A stretch of DNA of 64,000 bases, taken from the IMG/VR virus record IMGVR_UViG_3300018080_000148, positions 1 through 64,000 of that record; one strand, written 5' to 3'. The translations under genes and the position numbers were made by a program. This stretch comes from a virus. Positions 29,168 through 37,881 of this stretch are shown piece by piece. The notes below the pieces were generated by a model, which worked only from the letters and a program-made list of their open reading frames with translations, made no database searches and had not been told where the DNA came from. Each line of letters starts with the position of its first letter. Positions within the stretch are counted from its first letter, which is position 1.

Positions 29168-29707
29168 TTACCAGCTATCCACGCCTGCAAATTCGCCTCG
29201 ATATTCATACTGATGGTACTCACCAGTCAGATCATGCTGAGTCTTGGTGCGGACCTTCTGTGCGAAGATCTTCATCCTCTTGTAAAGACGCATGAAATGA
29301 ACCAACTCCTGAGCATTGGGATCAGACAAACCCATCTCTTCTAAGATGTCAGCGTCCGTGATCGTCGGCTTCTTCGGATCAAGAAACGCCTTGTGTCTAA
29401 ACTTACTGTGTGACGAAGGGAAGGCCGACTGGTTTACAATCGAAAACAAGCCGGAATAAATCCCCACCAAAAGGGTTGTGAGCCTATTGGGCGGCTTGCC
29501 ATCTATCACAGAAGACCTACGAGTGGCCTTTTCCCAACCATACTTGCGTTCATACTCGCCCGCATCCATGGTAAAGAATTCCTTGTTTTCCTCGGTCAAC
29601 TCCTTGCAGTATCGATCAAGATCCAGGTGTTGCCACCCAATTTCTTCTTCCCATTTCTTACGTGCGGCCTCTTCGTCAGCCTTGTTTTCCCATACGTTCT
29701 TAGCCAT
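29168..29707 (-). CDS. Hypothetical protein
   Basis: Start MAKNVWENK overlapping the upstream stop region. Confidence 0.6.
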   Translation of the reverse strand: MAKNVWENKADEEAARKKWEEEIGWQHLDLDRYCKELTEENKEFFTMDAGEYERKYGWEKATRRSSVIDGKPPNRLTTLLVGIYSGLFSIVNQSAFPSSHSKFRHKAFLDPKKPTITDADILEEMGLSDPNAQELVHFMRLYKRMKIFAQKVRTKTQHDLTGEYHQYEYRGEFAGVDSW

Positions 29708-30659
29708 CTTCTTCATTCTCCTCGTTATTAGGTGAGTAACCATGCACTTGAATCCGTCCATAGAATTCCGGGAACGGCATGGCTTTGCCATACCTGGACA
29801 TAATCCTCTCTTCCCGAACGTTCAGGCCGGGGATTTTCACAGGAGAAATAAAAAGAGTGACGTATGGGCAGTAGAAATACCCACTAGAATAAAAATCGCC
29901 CTTGTGCCCCACCAAAATCGTCCCCTCTTGACAAGATGGGTGTGCATAAACCTTTTGCCTGCCCATCGCACCTCTATGGAAACTCTTTATGTCAAACTCA
30001 TCCTGTTCCAATAGAGTAGAGGCCAACTGTGGCGTAGTCAAAATCCAGGTGGGTTGACGACCACCTTGCTTTTCAACTCGGCCCATCGTCATTCGCAAGT
30101 GGGCTTCCAGGTCATCTCTGTTCTTCCATTGGTGTTCAGAAGTTGTTGGCGCATTCCTGGCCACGTCATTGATGACCTCCACGTTCATCTTGTTGACAAG
30201 CCACTCTGCATATTCAGCACAAGCCTCTGCTTCCGCATCTAGATTGTGATCTTCACTTGATGGCCGAGATGGCATTCGCTGAAGAGAAGCCGTCTTGGCT
30301 TTAACCGCACGAGAACGAATGTTACCATACAAGTCTCGATACGCAATAGAATGTTCGGCCCCCATCATTGTTTGGACCGAACCAATCTGAAAGCCAATAA
30401 AAGAAGACGGGTTGATGACCCTGCGGACAATGGGAATACTTACCCGCTTGAGATAAGGGAAGTATTCATTGAAAAATTCCGTAACTTCCTTCAGGTCGCC
30501 ATGCGTTTCGTTGATGGTTCTCTGGCTATCTAACGCAAGAGCCACCTGTTCTTTCTCTAAGTTGTCTACGATCCCTCTTAACAATCCAGTGCTTTCCCAG
30601 AGATCTACTATTTGCTGTTTCTGACTCAAAATCCTTTCGTGTACTGATACTTCATCCAT
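29700..30659 (-). CDS. Reduced T4 gp23/gp24-like capsid protein paralogue
   Basis: WESTGLL.G, IPIVRRV, SVQTM, LDAEAE, ILVGHKG, GYFYCPYV, IMSRYG and FYGRI motifs. Confidence 0.75.
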   Translation of the reverse strand: MDEVSVHERILSQKQQIVDLWESTGLLRGIVDNLEKEQVALALDSQRTINETHGDLKEVTEFFNEYFPYLKRVSIPIVRRVINPSSFIGFQIGSVQTMMGAEHSIAYRDLYGNIRSRAVKAKTASLQRMPSRPSSEDHNLDAEAEACAEYAEWLVNKMNVEVINDVARNAPTTSEHQWKNRDDLEAHLRMTMGRVEKQGGRQPTWILTTPQLASTLLEQDEFDIKSFHRGAMGRQKVYAHPSCQEGTILVGHKGDFYSSGYFYCPYVTLFISPVKIPGLNVREERIMSRYGKAMPFPEFYGRIQVHGYSPNNEENEEDG

Positions 30660-30671
30660 ACTGCCTCCTAA

Positions 30672-31328
30672 TTACCTTTCTATAAGTCCAACACCATATC
30701 TGGTGTTTACAACGGTTGGCTCCCGGCCTTGGACTTTACAGAAATCCCGAAACACATCTCCTGTCGGCTGATGGAAATTGACGTACTCCACCACGATCAG
30801 CCCACCCTCTTCCACATGCGGCCAAACCATGTCCATGTGCAGCCGCATTTTGTCATGTGTGGTTTCCTCATTGAACATCACCATGTCCCATTTCGTGGCT
30901 TGTAAAGCCTTGGTGAAATCGACATCCATGAAATCCCCCACATGCACGTCCACGGCACGTGGGTTGGGATAAGCATCTTTTATGTTGGCAACACCCATCC
31001 GGGGAGAAAAATACTCATCCTCTTTTTCTTGGAAGCCAAGAAATGTTTCCACCGAACGACAGCTTTTCAAAAAACAGCCACTTAAAAGTCCGAGGCGAAA
31101 TCCAATTTTCAGAAGAGATTTGGGGTGAATGTGTTTTCCCAAATGATAATAGAAAGGCGTGTAGGTATCATCTGTGTAAGCAAAGGTCCGACGAGACCTC
31201 TCCTCAATGACCCTCATGCGACCCAAAAGAATGCGGGCGCTAATCAATTTTGCACCAAGCTCTTTTTCGAGCTTGGTTCGTAGCTCTTGAATATCCACTC
31301 TTGACCTTTCTAAAATAAAGAGACCCAC
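30672..31328 (-). CDS. Class I SAM-dependent methyltransferase-like protein (degenerate)
   Basis: KSLLKIGFRLGLLS and VEEGGLIVVE; the start may be a downstream GTG. Confidence 0.5.
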   Translation of the reverse strand: MGLFILERSRVDIQELRTKLEKELGAKLISARILLGRMRVIEERSRRTFAYTDDTYTPFYYHLGKHIHPKSLLKIGFRLGLLSGCFLKSCRSVETFLGFQEKEDEYFSPRMGVANIKDAYPNPRAVDVHVGDFMDVDFTKALQATKWDMVMFNEETTHDKMRLHMDMVWPHVEEGGLIVVEYVNFHQPTGDVFRDFCKVQGREPTVVNTRYGVGLIER

Positions 31329-31422
31329 CCCTATCGCCCTAGTTTACCGTTGAGGACTTGAGATGGGCTGGATATGTAAACCGGCAAAGCCGGGTAGTCC
31401 AACCTTTCGGTTATATAGAGAG

Positions 31423-31998
31423 CTACTTAATAATTTTTTCCCAACCCTTCCGCAGCATTTTTACCACATCCATGGCATCGGGAACCGCCGTATGCGTGAC
31501 ACCACGAGACTCTCCGATCCTCTTGCGGCACTCTGAACTGTCCGGAAGAGCCGTATCGCCCGCTCGAAGAAGTAGCATGCCCGGATCGAGGATGCGATGG
31601 CGGTACTTGACCCAATCGTCCCACCCAGGCAACCGATTCAAGAACTGGAGATCGAAGGCGGCAAAGTTCTTGCCAGCAAAATTCACCTTCTCTTGATCTG
31701 GATAACCTGGATAGTGGTGACACAACCAACCGTGAAAAATCTCGGGCACCTGTCCAGGCTCGTAGTAATCGTACCCCACTTCACGCTTAGCGATGCGCTT
31801 GAAGATGGCGGGGTGCATGGATAATGCGAATGGCTCACCCTGGAAAATCGGGTGGACCACATAACAATGAAACTTTGGAAGCTCTTCAATGGGGCGTTGT
31901 TCCCGCAAATCGTCAACCACCGCCCCGATCTCGATGACTTGACACATGTAGGGATTCACCCCGGTCGTTTCAATATCAACACTTACATACTTCATCAT
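31423..31998 (-). CDS. DEDDh 3'-5' exonuclease
   Basis: SVDIETTG, GKNFAAFD and HTAVPDA motifs. Confidence 0.88.
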   Translation of the reverse strand: MMKYVSVDIETTGVNPYMCQVIEIGAVVDDLREQRPIEELPKFHCYVVHPIFQGEPFALSMHPAIFKRIAKREVGYDYYEPGQVPEIFHGWLCHHYPGYPDQEKVNFAGKNFAAFDLQFLNRLPGWDDWVKYRHRILDPGMLLLRAGDTALPDSSECRKRIGESRGVTHTAVPDAMDVVKMLRKGWEKIIK

Positions 31999-32323
31999 TC
32001 GCTCCTATGAACTTAACAGGCTTGCCGAGATCTTCTGCTATCTTGATTTCGGCGTTAACACCAGTGGATTCTTTCCACCCGTCTAATGTCAGTATCCAAA
32101 CCTCGTCCGACCATTCGATAAAAGATCGATCCAGAGCTTCCCAGTATTCCCACGTGCCAGGAAGAGAGCAGCGTGTAGCCACCGGATGGCAAGCGGTAAT
32201 TGGAGAATAGACGATGTGCCCGGCATTCATAAGTTCGCCGGTTTTGTCTGTCACCGCCTCGAATCTGGCTTCCTTTACCTTTTCATCAGGATCGGAGTAG
32301 GGCACTCCCAGATATATTTTCAT
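31976..32323 (-). CDS. DUF1937 / nucleoside 2-deoxyribosyltransferase-like protein
   Basis: IYLGVPYS, YSPITACHP and GWKESTGVNAEI motifs. Confidence 0.8.
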   Translation of the reverse strand: MKIYLGVPYSDPDEKVKEARFEAVTDKTGELMNAGHIVYSPITACHPVATRCSLPGTWEYWEALDRSFIEWSDEVWILTLDGWKESTGVNAEIKIAEDLGKPVKFIGANDEVCKC

Positions 32324-32603
32324 GCTTCCATTCCCATTTAACATGTCCATCCATGATATTACATTCAAGAAATTGCATCAAGGCATAAAAAAAAGAGATC
32401 CTGCGAATCACGTCTTCACAGCATCTCTTACCCGGAAAATCGGGATGGTGTTCCCTGTTGGATCAGCATGAGTTGTAACGTTTCCATTATCCAACTCCCA
32501 TGCAAGCTGGTGTCCTCCCATGGTGGCCAGTGACGCATTCGCATGGGCGGCGGCATCGGCCATTCTGCCACGGGATGAAGATGGACCTCAATCCAGGATT
32601 TTA

Positions 32604-32635
32604 TGTGGACACGTTTTTTCCCAATGACCACACCT
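32604..32635. repeat. 32-bp direct repeat, copy 1
   Basis: TGTGGACACGTTTTTTCCCAATGACCACACCT, identical to 37374-37405. Confidence 0.95.
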
Positions 32636-32810
32636 AATATCTATGAATTACCACGTCGATTTTCACGAGCAAGTAATTTTGCCTCAGCTTATCGTAGAAC
32701 ACCCTGTAATATGCTCCGTCCTCTAGCTGCCAGCTTTTGCCAGGGTCTTTAAGTTGCTCGAAAAAATGCAGTTGTTCCAAGTGGTTAAGTCCCGTGGTGT
32801 CAAACTGCAT
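32634..32810 (-). CDS. Small hypothetical protein (58 aa, not in the ORF track)
   Basis: GAGGGG RBS, MQFDTTGLNHLEQ...VVIHRY*. Confidence 0.5.
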   Translation of the reverse strand: MQFDTTGLNHLEQLHFFEQLKDPGKSWQLEDGAYYRVFYDKLRQNYLLVKIDVVIHRY

Positions 32811-32846
32811 TTATCCCCTCCCAGACAGTTGTGTTGCCACAAGTAT

Positions 32847-33347
32847 CTATGCGGGAGGATCGACAGCTTTCACAACTTCATCAACTTTTCGTTCTAAGTC
32901 CGGGTCTACTTTGGTCATAATGCGAGGCTGGATTTTGTCCATTTCCCGTCGCAGCATGTGGCCGTAAGACATGGCGTTGTCGTGGGCCTTGTCCATGGCC
33001 TTGAGAAACAACTGAAGTTTTTTGACGGCCCTTTTTCCGGCAATCACTTTCTTCTTGGCGTCCACAACTTTGGGATCACTCTTCGATTTTGCCTCGGCCA
33101 ACTTATCGGACCCACCATCTTCCTTAAAACCACGGAATCGATCAGCATAAATCTCATCGTATTGCGTCTCGTACCACTGGAGGTAACTTTCGGCATCCGC
33201 TAGTTTCTGACCGTAGTAATTGTACCAAGTCGCCTCTTCTTGAAGGTGCTTGTTCAAACTAGCTTCATCAAATGTCAGTTGATCGGGGTTAAGGTTTACC
33301 TCACCCCCACCAATGTTCACTTTTTTCTCTTTGTCTGATAGGTCCAT
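32847..33347 (-). CDS. uvsY: UvsY-like recombination mediator
   Basis: Helical protein with YYGQKLA, SDKLAEA...DP and AMDK pattern; next to the helicase in a T4-like context. Confidence 0.6.
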   Translation of the reverse strand: MDLSDKEKKVNIGGGEVNLNPDQLTFDEASLNKHLQEEATWYNYYGQKLADAESYLQWYETQYDEIYADRFRGFKEDGGSDKLAEAKSKSDPKVVDAKKKVIAGKRAVKKLQLFLKAMDKAHDNAMSYGHMLRREMDKIQPRIMTKVDPDLERKVDEVVKAVDPPA

Positions 33348-33406
33348 TACATGCCTCCAGTTATCTTATCGGGAGATTGTACCAAAAAAGGAAAACGTTC
33401 TAAAGA

Positions 33407-35143
33407 TCATTCCTCGCCAAAGAACTCTTTGTTGTATTTCTCTGCAATTTCTTCAGGAGTAGGGGCGGGCTCTATTATGGCATCCACCTCTTTGTCGGGC
33501 GCACCACCCACAAGCTGAGACATGGCATCTTCGGGACTGACCTCCTGACGATCACGATGTTCCTGCTCCACCTTTGCCATCACCTTTTCAGCCTGCTTCT
33601 TCTTGAAATGGTCCATCCTCTTTTGTTCACGAAGGTTTTCTTCTGTTTTCTCAGCCGCCGTCGTTTCTCGCAGTTGATCGGCCTGATGCTTAATCCGTTT
33701 GTATTCCTGCTCACCAATCGTCTCTAACACAAGACGGAGAGGGTCCATTCTCAAATAGAATTTCTTCCCCTTTTTGCCGTGGCGGTGTTTGGCCACAAAA
33801 CCCCTGGCGATGTTCAGGTCGGACTCATCCCGTGTCTGGTTTAGCGTCCAAAAAGCATCCAAAGGACGAACCTGCCCAAAAGCATCAGCAAGGTTTTCAT
33901 CATCGATCATGCCGCCTTCTCGTATGACTTCCTTGGCGCTCTTGTTGGGCTGCAAAGCCGTCAAAACGCAGACATGTTCGTCAACGGCAAAACTACGCAG
34001 GTCACGAACAATTCGATACTTCGACTCCCACCCCGGTATGCCAGGGTAATCCTTCATCTCGCCAACATAATCCACAATCACAAGATCAGGATAAAAACCA
34101 TGAAGAAGAGACTGTTGAAAGTAAGACCTGAACTCCGAGAGTCCCATGTGACTCCCAGGAAACTGCTTAATGATTAACCGTTGACGGTCATCCCCGAATA
34201 TGTCCCTGTTGTCCTCGATATAGTCATTCAACCCTTGAATAACCACACCTTCGTAATCCACAAGATTGTCGATGTTCATACCCGTTTCACGGGCTTTGTC
34301 AGCAATCTGAGCATCGAATCGCTGGGCAACTCGATCCCACGCTAATTCCAACGAGATGTAAAGTACCTTGTACCCCTTGTTCATGTTGGCCATAGCAGAC
34401 CGCAACAAGGCCAAGGATTTGCCCACACCCGACAAACCCATCCAAGCCCCTATTTCACCTCTGTCCAAGCCACCGCCAGACAACAACCCATCAATTACAT
34501 CAAACCCAGAAGAAAATACATCATTCTGCTCCTGCTTCCGCTTCATCTCCGCATACCGTTCCTCAATGGTTTTGGGGTCAAAATAATCCAACCCAAGATC
34601 GGTGTTGCGGTCCACCAGAATGGCCTCATTGAGAATTTCCCGCACCTTATCCAAAGACGCCTCGTCCTCGGGGTTTTCCTTCATGATACGGCTACATGTG
34701 CCAAAGGCCCGCTTCATCGCCATGCGCTGAGCGAACTTGACTATTTTGTCGAGAATGAAATCTCTCGACTCTTCCACGATGGAATAGTAGTCGTAGACAA
34801 GATTGAACTCTTGACGATAAAGTTGCTTAAAGTCCGCTTTCTTTCCTTCAATTACATCTTCCAACTGAACCGCCAAGAAAGTCTTCTTGGGGACGCTTCT
34901 GTATTTTTCAAAATAATTCAACAGAAGCTTGGACACTACCTTGTGAACTTCATTCGTAAAATATTCCGGCTTAACCAATCCTAAACTCAGCGTCAGTAGC
35001 TTCCGATCCTTCAATAGCATGTTCAATAATTCACGCTGAAACTCCTCATCCCACTTGTAGTGGTCTTCATTCGCTGGAATGTCCGGATCGACGAAGCCAT
35101 CCAGCATTCGCTCCTCTTCCGGCGTCAGTTCCATATCATCCAT
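33407..35143 (-). CDS. Replicative DnaB/gp41-like helicase
   Basis: GLSGVGKS Walker A, VLYISLE, IIKQFP, IVDYVG, TALQPN and AKHRHG motifs. Confidence 0.92.
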   Translation of the reverse strand: MDDMELTPEEERMLDGFVDPDIPANEDHYKWDEEFQRELLNMLLKDRKLLTLSLGLVKPEYFTNEVHKVVSKLLLNYFEKYRSVPKKTFLAVQLEDVIEGKKADFKQLYRQEFNLVYDYYSIVEESRDFILDKIVKFAQRMAMKRAFGTCSRIMKENPEDEASLDKVREILNEAILVDRNTDLGLDYFDPKTIEERYAEMKRKQEQNDVFSSGFDVIDGLLSGGGLDRGEIGAWMGLSGVGKSLALLRSAMANMNKGYKVLYISLELAWDRVAQRFDAQIADKARETGMNIDNLVDYEGVVIQGLNDYIEDNRDIFGDDRQRLIIKQFPGSHMGLSEFRSYFQQSLLHGFYPDLVIVDYVGEMKDYPGIPGWESKYRIVRDLRSFAVDEHVCVLTALQPNKSAKEVIREGGMIDDENLADAFGQVRPLDAFWTLNQTRDESDLNIARGFVAKHRHGKKGKKFYLRMDPLRLVLETIGEQEYKRIKHQADQLRETTAAEKTEENLREQKRMDHFKKKQAEKVMAKVEQEHRDRQEVSPEDAMSQLVGGAPDKEVDAIIEPAPTPEEIAEKYNKEFFGEE

Positions 35144-35241
35144 TATCTACCTCACAACATCTTTCATCGGGGGAGTGTAACCAATCTTTCCCACAAGCCA
35201 CACTACGTAAGCATATTAACCCCGCAATTTCTGCATCGGGC

Positions 35242-35270
35242 ATTATTATCGCTGGGAAGTTTTTAGTCAA
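35242..35270 (-). promoter_or_regulatory. Sigma70-type promoter upstream of the helicase
   Basis: TTGACT-17 nt-AATAAT on the minus strand. Confidence 0.55.
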
Positions 35271-35274
35271 TGCG

Positions 35275-35306
35275 AAACGCCCGCCCGGCAACAAGCCGGG
35301 CGGGCG
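35275..35306 (-). terminator. Intrinsic terminator
   Basis: CGCCCGCCCGGC-AACAA-GCCGGGCGGGCG stem with TTT on the minus strand. Confidence 0.65.
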
Positions 35307-35336
35307 CTGAAGAAGTCACAGAAGTGATCTGTGATT

Positions 35337-35897
35337 TTAGCCAACTCCGAGATAATCATACTCGGATAGGGACACTTGCCCTGATCTAAGAGATTTCTCT
35401 CGTGTTATTTTTTTGCCAGCCGCTTTTTGTTCGTTCCAAGTAATCGCCTTGCAGTACGCCTTAAATTTCGGGTGATCCAGTATTAACCCAGCCTTTCTCG
35501 ATGGTCGCTCATGGGCTGGAACGAGGGTGCGGACCAACTTCTCCAACAACCTCTCCTGATATATCCCGAACTTTTGCCGGTTTGCCCCATGCCTCGTTTT
35601 GTTCTCCCACAGCTTGATTAGCTCTCTAACCAGCCGCTTGAGAAAACGATCCTTCGCATGCTTCCGACACAATTCAAGGCATCGTTCAATGTACGTCTGC
35701 CTCTTGAAATACGACCCGGCCCTTAAAAGCGATATGCTCAAGTCCTGAAAGAAGTCCTCGGGATCTTCCGTATGGTTATTCTTGTCATTCTTCCTGATTA
35801 GCTGCCACGATTGGTACTTGGTCAGCTTCCCGTACTTGTCTTCCAACTCTTGAAATTCGTCTTCGCTTACAGGGAAACGCTTGTAGACATGCTCCAT
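35337..35897 (-). CDS. Sigma-factor-like protein (region 2 only)
   Basis: EDFFQDLSISLLRA and FKAYCKAITWN resemble sigma70 regions 2.2/2.3; no region 4. Confidence 0.55.
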   Translation of the reverse strand: MEHVYKRFPVSEDEFQELEDKYGKLTKYQSWQLIRKNDKNNHTEDPEDFFQDLSISLLRAGSYFKRQTYIERCLELCRKHAKDRFLKRLVRELIKLWENKTRHGANRQKFGIYQERLLEKLVRTLVPAHERPSRKAGLILDHPKFKAYCKAITWNEQKAAGKKITREKSLRSGQVSLSEYDYLGVG

Positions 35898-35907
35898 AAG
35901 ACCTCCA

Positions 35908-37218
35908 CTAAACTGTTTCTAGTTGATGCAGCCGCTCGCCGACCTTAACAGTGACCTTTAAGTCCAACCCAGCGTAAAGATCATCCGGCTTTTCCAACGT
36001 GTCTACGCACAGCCGAACATTCTTCTCCAGGTCTTTTTTCTTGACTGTCACCATATAACCGTCATGGACATGACATGCGATCCGAGCAAAGCCTTTCAAG
36101 GCATCAAACAACTGGACCAGCTTGTGCAAGCATACAATTGAGGCGGGCGCTTGCACCACGAAATTCCTGATTCGATGTTCTTTCCCATCAAACCTACGTC
36201 TTCGTCCATAGTGATCGTAGACAAAGCCGTCGTAATCATTGGAATTCTGCTGATCTCTTACCCACGCCATGGCGGCGGGGAACTCTGCACAGACATTTGC
36301 TTTCAATCGCTCAGCCACCCATTCATCGACTTTCAGCCTTCGAGAAAGCGTTTTCGTTCCCAATCCGTACATGATGGGTAGAAAAATTGATTTGCATACT
36401 TCTCGATAGGCGGGGCTACACTTAACACTAGTTATCCTCTCCCAAATAATTTTATACACATCTTCCCCGGTTTCCAAAATTTCTTTCAGAGCGGCATCTC
36501 TCGATAGCCACTGAAGAACCCGCACTTCCAAACTGGCGTAGTCCAAAACGATAAACATTAGGTCGCCGTATTCGCCCGGCAGGTAGTTGTGCATTTCATC
36601 TTTCGACAAGCTGTGAGGGTTAAACCCCTCCTTGAAGGCGTTGGAGCCTTTCAGCCTTCCATTCGCTTGCCCCTCTATCTCGTAGTGGGGATGAACCCTC
36701 CTTCGACCCCGCACCAATCCCGTTGATTCAATGGCAGGGAGAACCTCTTTGATGAGCGGAAGAAAAACTTGACCGTAGAGAGACTTGATCTGCTCCCACC
36801 GAGAGTATCGTGTCACCTTTGCCAGTCGCTCGGCTGCTTCTGCATAGTTCTCGGGACGATCCCCCTTGTATGCCATCAAGGATTCGAGCACTTTTAGATC
36901 GAGGATGGGGCGGCTGGTGACCAGCCTGTAGCCCGTTTTTCCGTAGAAGTAGGAGAAGATGTCCTTCAGTCCCCACCCTATCATCACGTTCTTGCAGTTC
37001 AGGTAGTGGGTGAACTTCGAGGCAAAAGACTTTAATTCATTTCCATCGAGGGGGAGAGGGTAATTGATAGCAACCTGTTCATTCGCCATGAAGAAGGCAG
37101 GTCTCTTCTTCGTCTTCAACTTCTGGTCAGGTCTTAAAGTGAAATCCCAAACATCTCCTCCAGGGGCAAAAAACATATTCTTGTCAACAAACGTCTCCAA
37201 TGCCTCATTAGCATCCAT
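35908..37218 (-). CDS. Short family-A DNA polymerase lacking the thumb subdomain
   Basis: NGRL, motif A LDYASLEVRVL, motif B R...K...MYG, NFVVQ and motif C HVHDG. Confidence 0.88.
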   Translation of the reverse strand: MDANEALETFVDKNMFFAPGGDVWDFTLRPDQKLKTKKRPAFFMANEQVAINYPLPLDGNELKSFASKFTHYLNCKNVMIGWGLKDIFSYFYGKTGYRLVTSRPILDLKVLESLMAYKGDRPENYAEAAERLAKVTRYSRWEQIKSLYGQVFLPLIKEVLPAIESTGLVRGRRRVHPHYEIEGQANGRLKGSNAFKEGFNPHSLSKDEMHNYLPGEYGDLMFIVLDYASLEVRVLQWLSRDAALKEILETGEDVYKIIWERITSVKCSPAYREVCKSIFLPIMYGLGTKTLSRRLKVDEWVAERLKANVCAEFPAAMAWVRDQQNSNDYDGFVYDHYGRRRRFDGKEHRIRNFVVQAPASIVCLHKLVQLFDALKGFARIACHVHDGYMVTVKKKDLEKNVRLCVDTLEKPDDLYAGLDLKVTVKVGERLHQLETV

Positions 37219-37284
37219 GTTATCCCTCTTGTGGGGTATTCGCTGCTGCGCTTAAGTCCTCTTTAAAGCTCTTTATTTTCAAAA

Positions 37285-37730
37285 AAGGGCCGCTTCCCTT
37301 AGTGGATACCTAGTTCTTTAAAGAACTACCGAGTCCTATAAGGCCCGGAAAATCCACAAGGTTACGGCTCTTGTGTGGACACGTTTTTTCCCAATGACCA
37401 CACCTTTCAATTTTCCCCGATTTGCACCTCGTTGAAGATCCTCGTTCTAGGCTACTGACCCAAGATTTTGGATTACTCTCTGACGAGAGAACTAGGTATC
37501 CACGTAAACCCCTCCTTTTGGGAGGGGCAAGGACCAGGACGTAGCGACCATACAGGAAGCAGGACTAAGCTAAAGCAAATTCCCAACATCAACTACCTGT
37601 CCGGAGCCTGGAAGACAGTCTTGCGACTGCCCACTTGGTTTCACCAGGAAGAACGTTCACCCTCCTATTGCATACGCAGGTTAGGATCACTCATGGAGGT
37701 TTTAACATGATAGGTCAGCGCCCGCCGAGA
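37285..37730. ncRNA. Highly structured non-coding region (ncRNA or origin candidate)
   Basis: 16-bp inverted repeat 37302-37317/37488-37503, 18-bp palindrome 37311-37328 and several hairpins; no credible ORF. Confidence 0.45.
37374..37405. repeat. 32-bp direct repeat, copy 2
   Basis: Identical to 32604-32635. Confidence 0.95.
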
Positions 37731-37822
37731 GCTTATTTTTTCTCATTGAGCCTTTGCAAATCAGTTTATTTCCTCAATCGTGCGCAATTCTAATGCCAAA
37801 CTGAACCCAAATCAAGTTCGAT

Positions 37823-37851
37823 TTGACGATTCTTTACACTTCGGCTATCAT
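37823..37851 (+). promoter_or_regulatory. Sigma70-type promoter
   Basis: TTGACG-17 nt-TATCAT upstream of the 37882 ORF. Confidence 0.6.
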
Positions 37852-37881
37852 AGTGTTCATAATTGAAAATCTGGAGGAGCG

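Noticed and set aside
32428-32631. 67-aa ORF starting inside repeat copy 1
   Set aside because: The GTG start lies within the repeat, the composition is atypical, and the equivalent frame at copy 2 closes after 22 codons.
32604-37405. CRISPR array from the 32-bp repeat
   Set aside because: Only two copies 4.8 kb apart, with no spacers and no cas genes.
37302-37503. Retron msr-msd
   Set aside because: The inverted repeat is suggestive, but no reverse transcriptase (YxDD motif) is encoded in the window.
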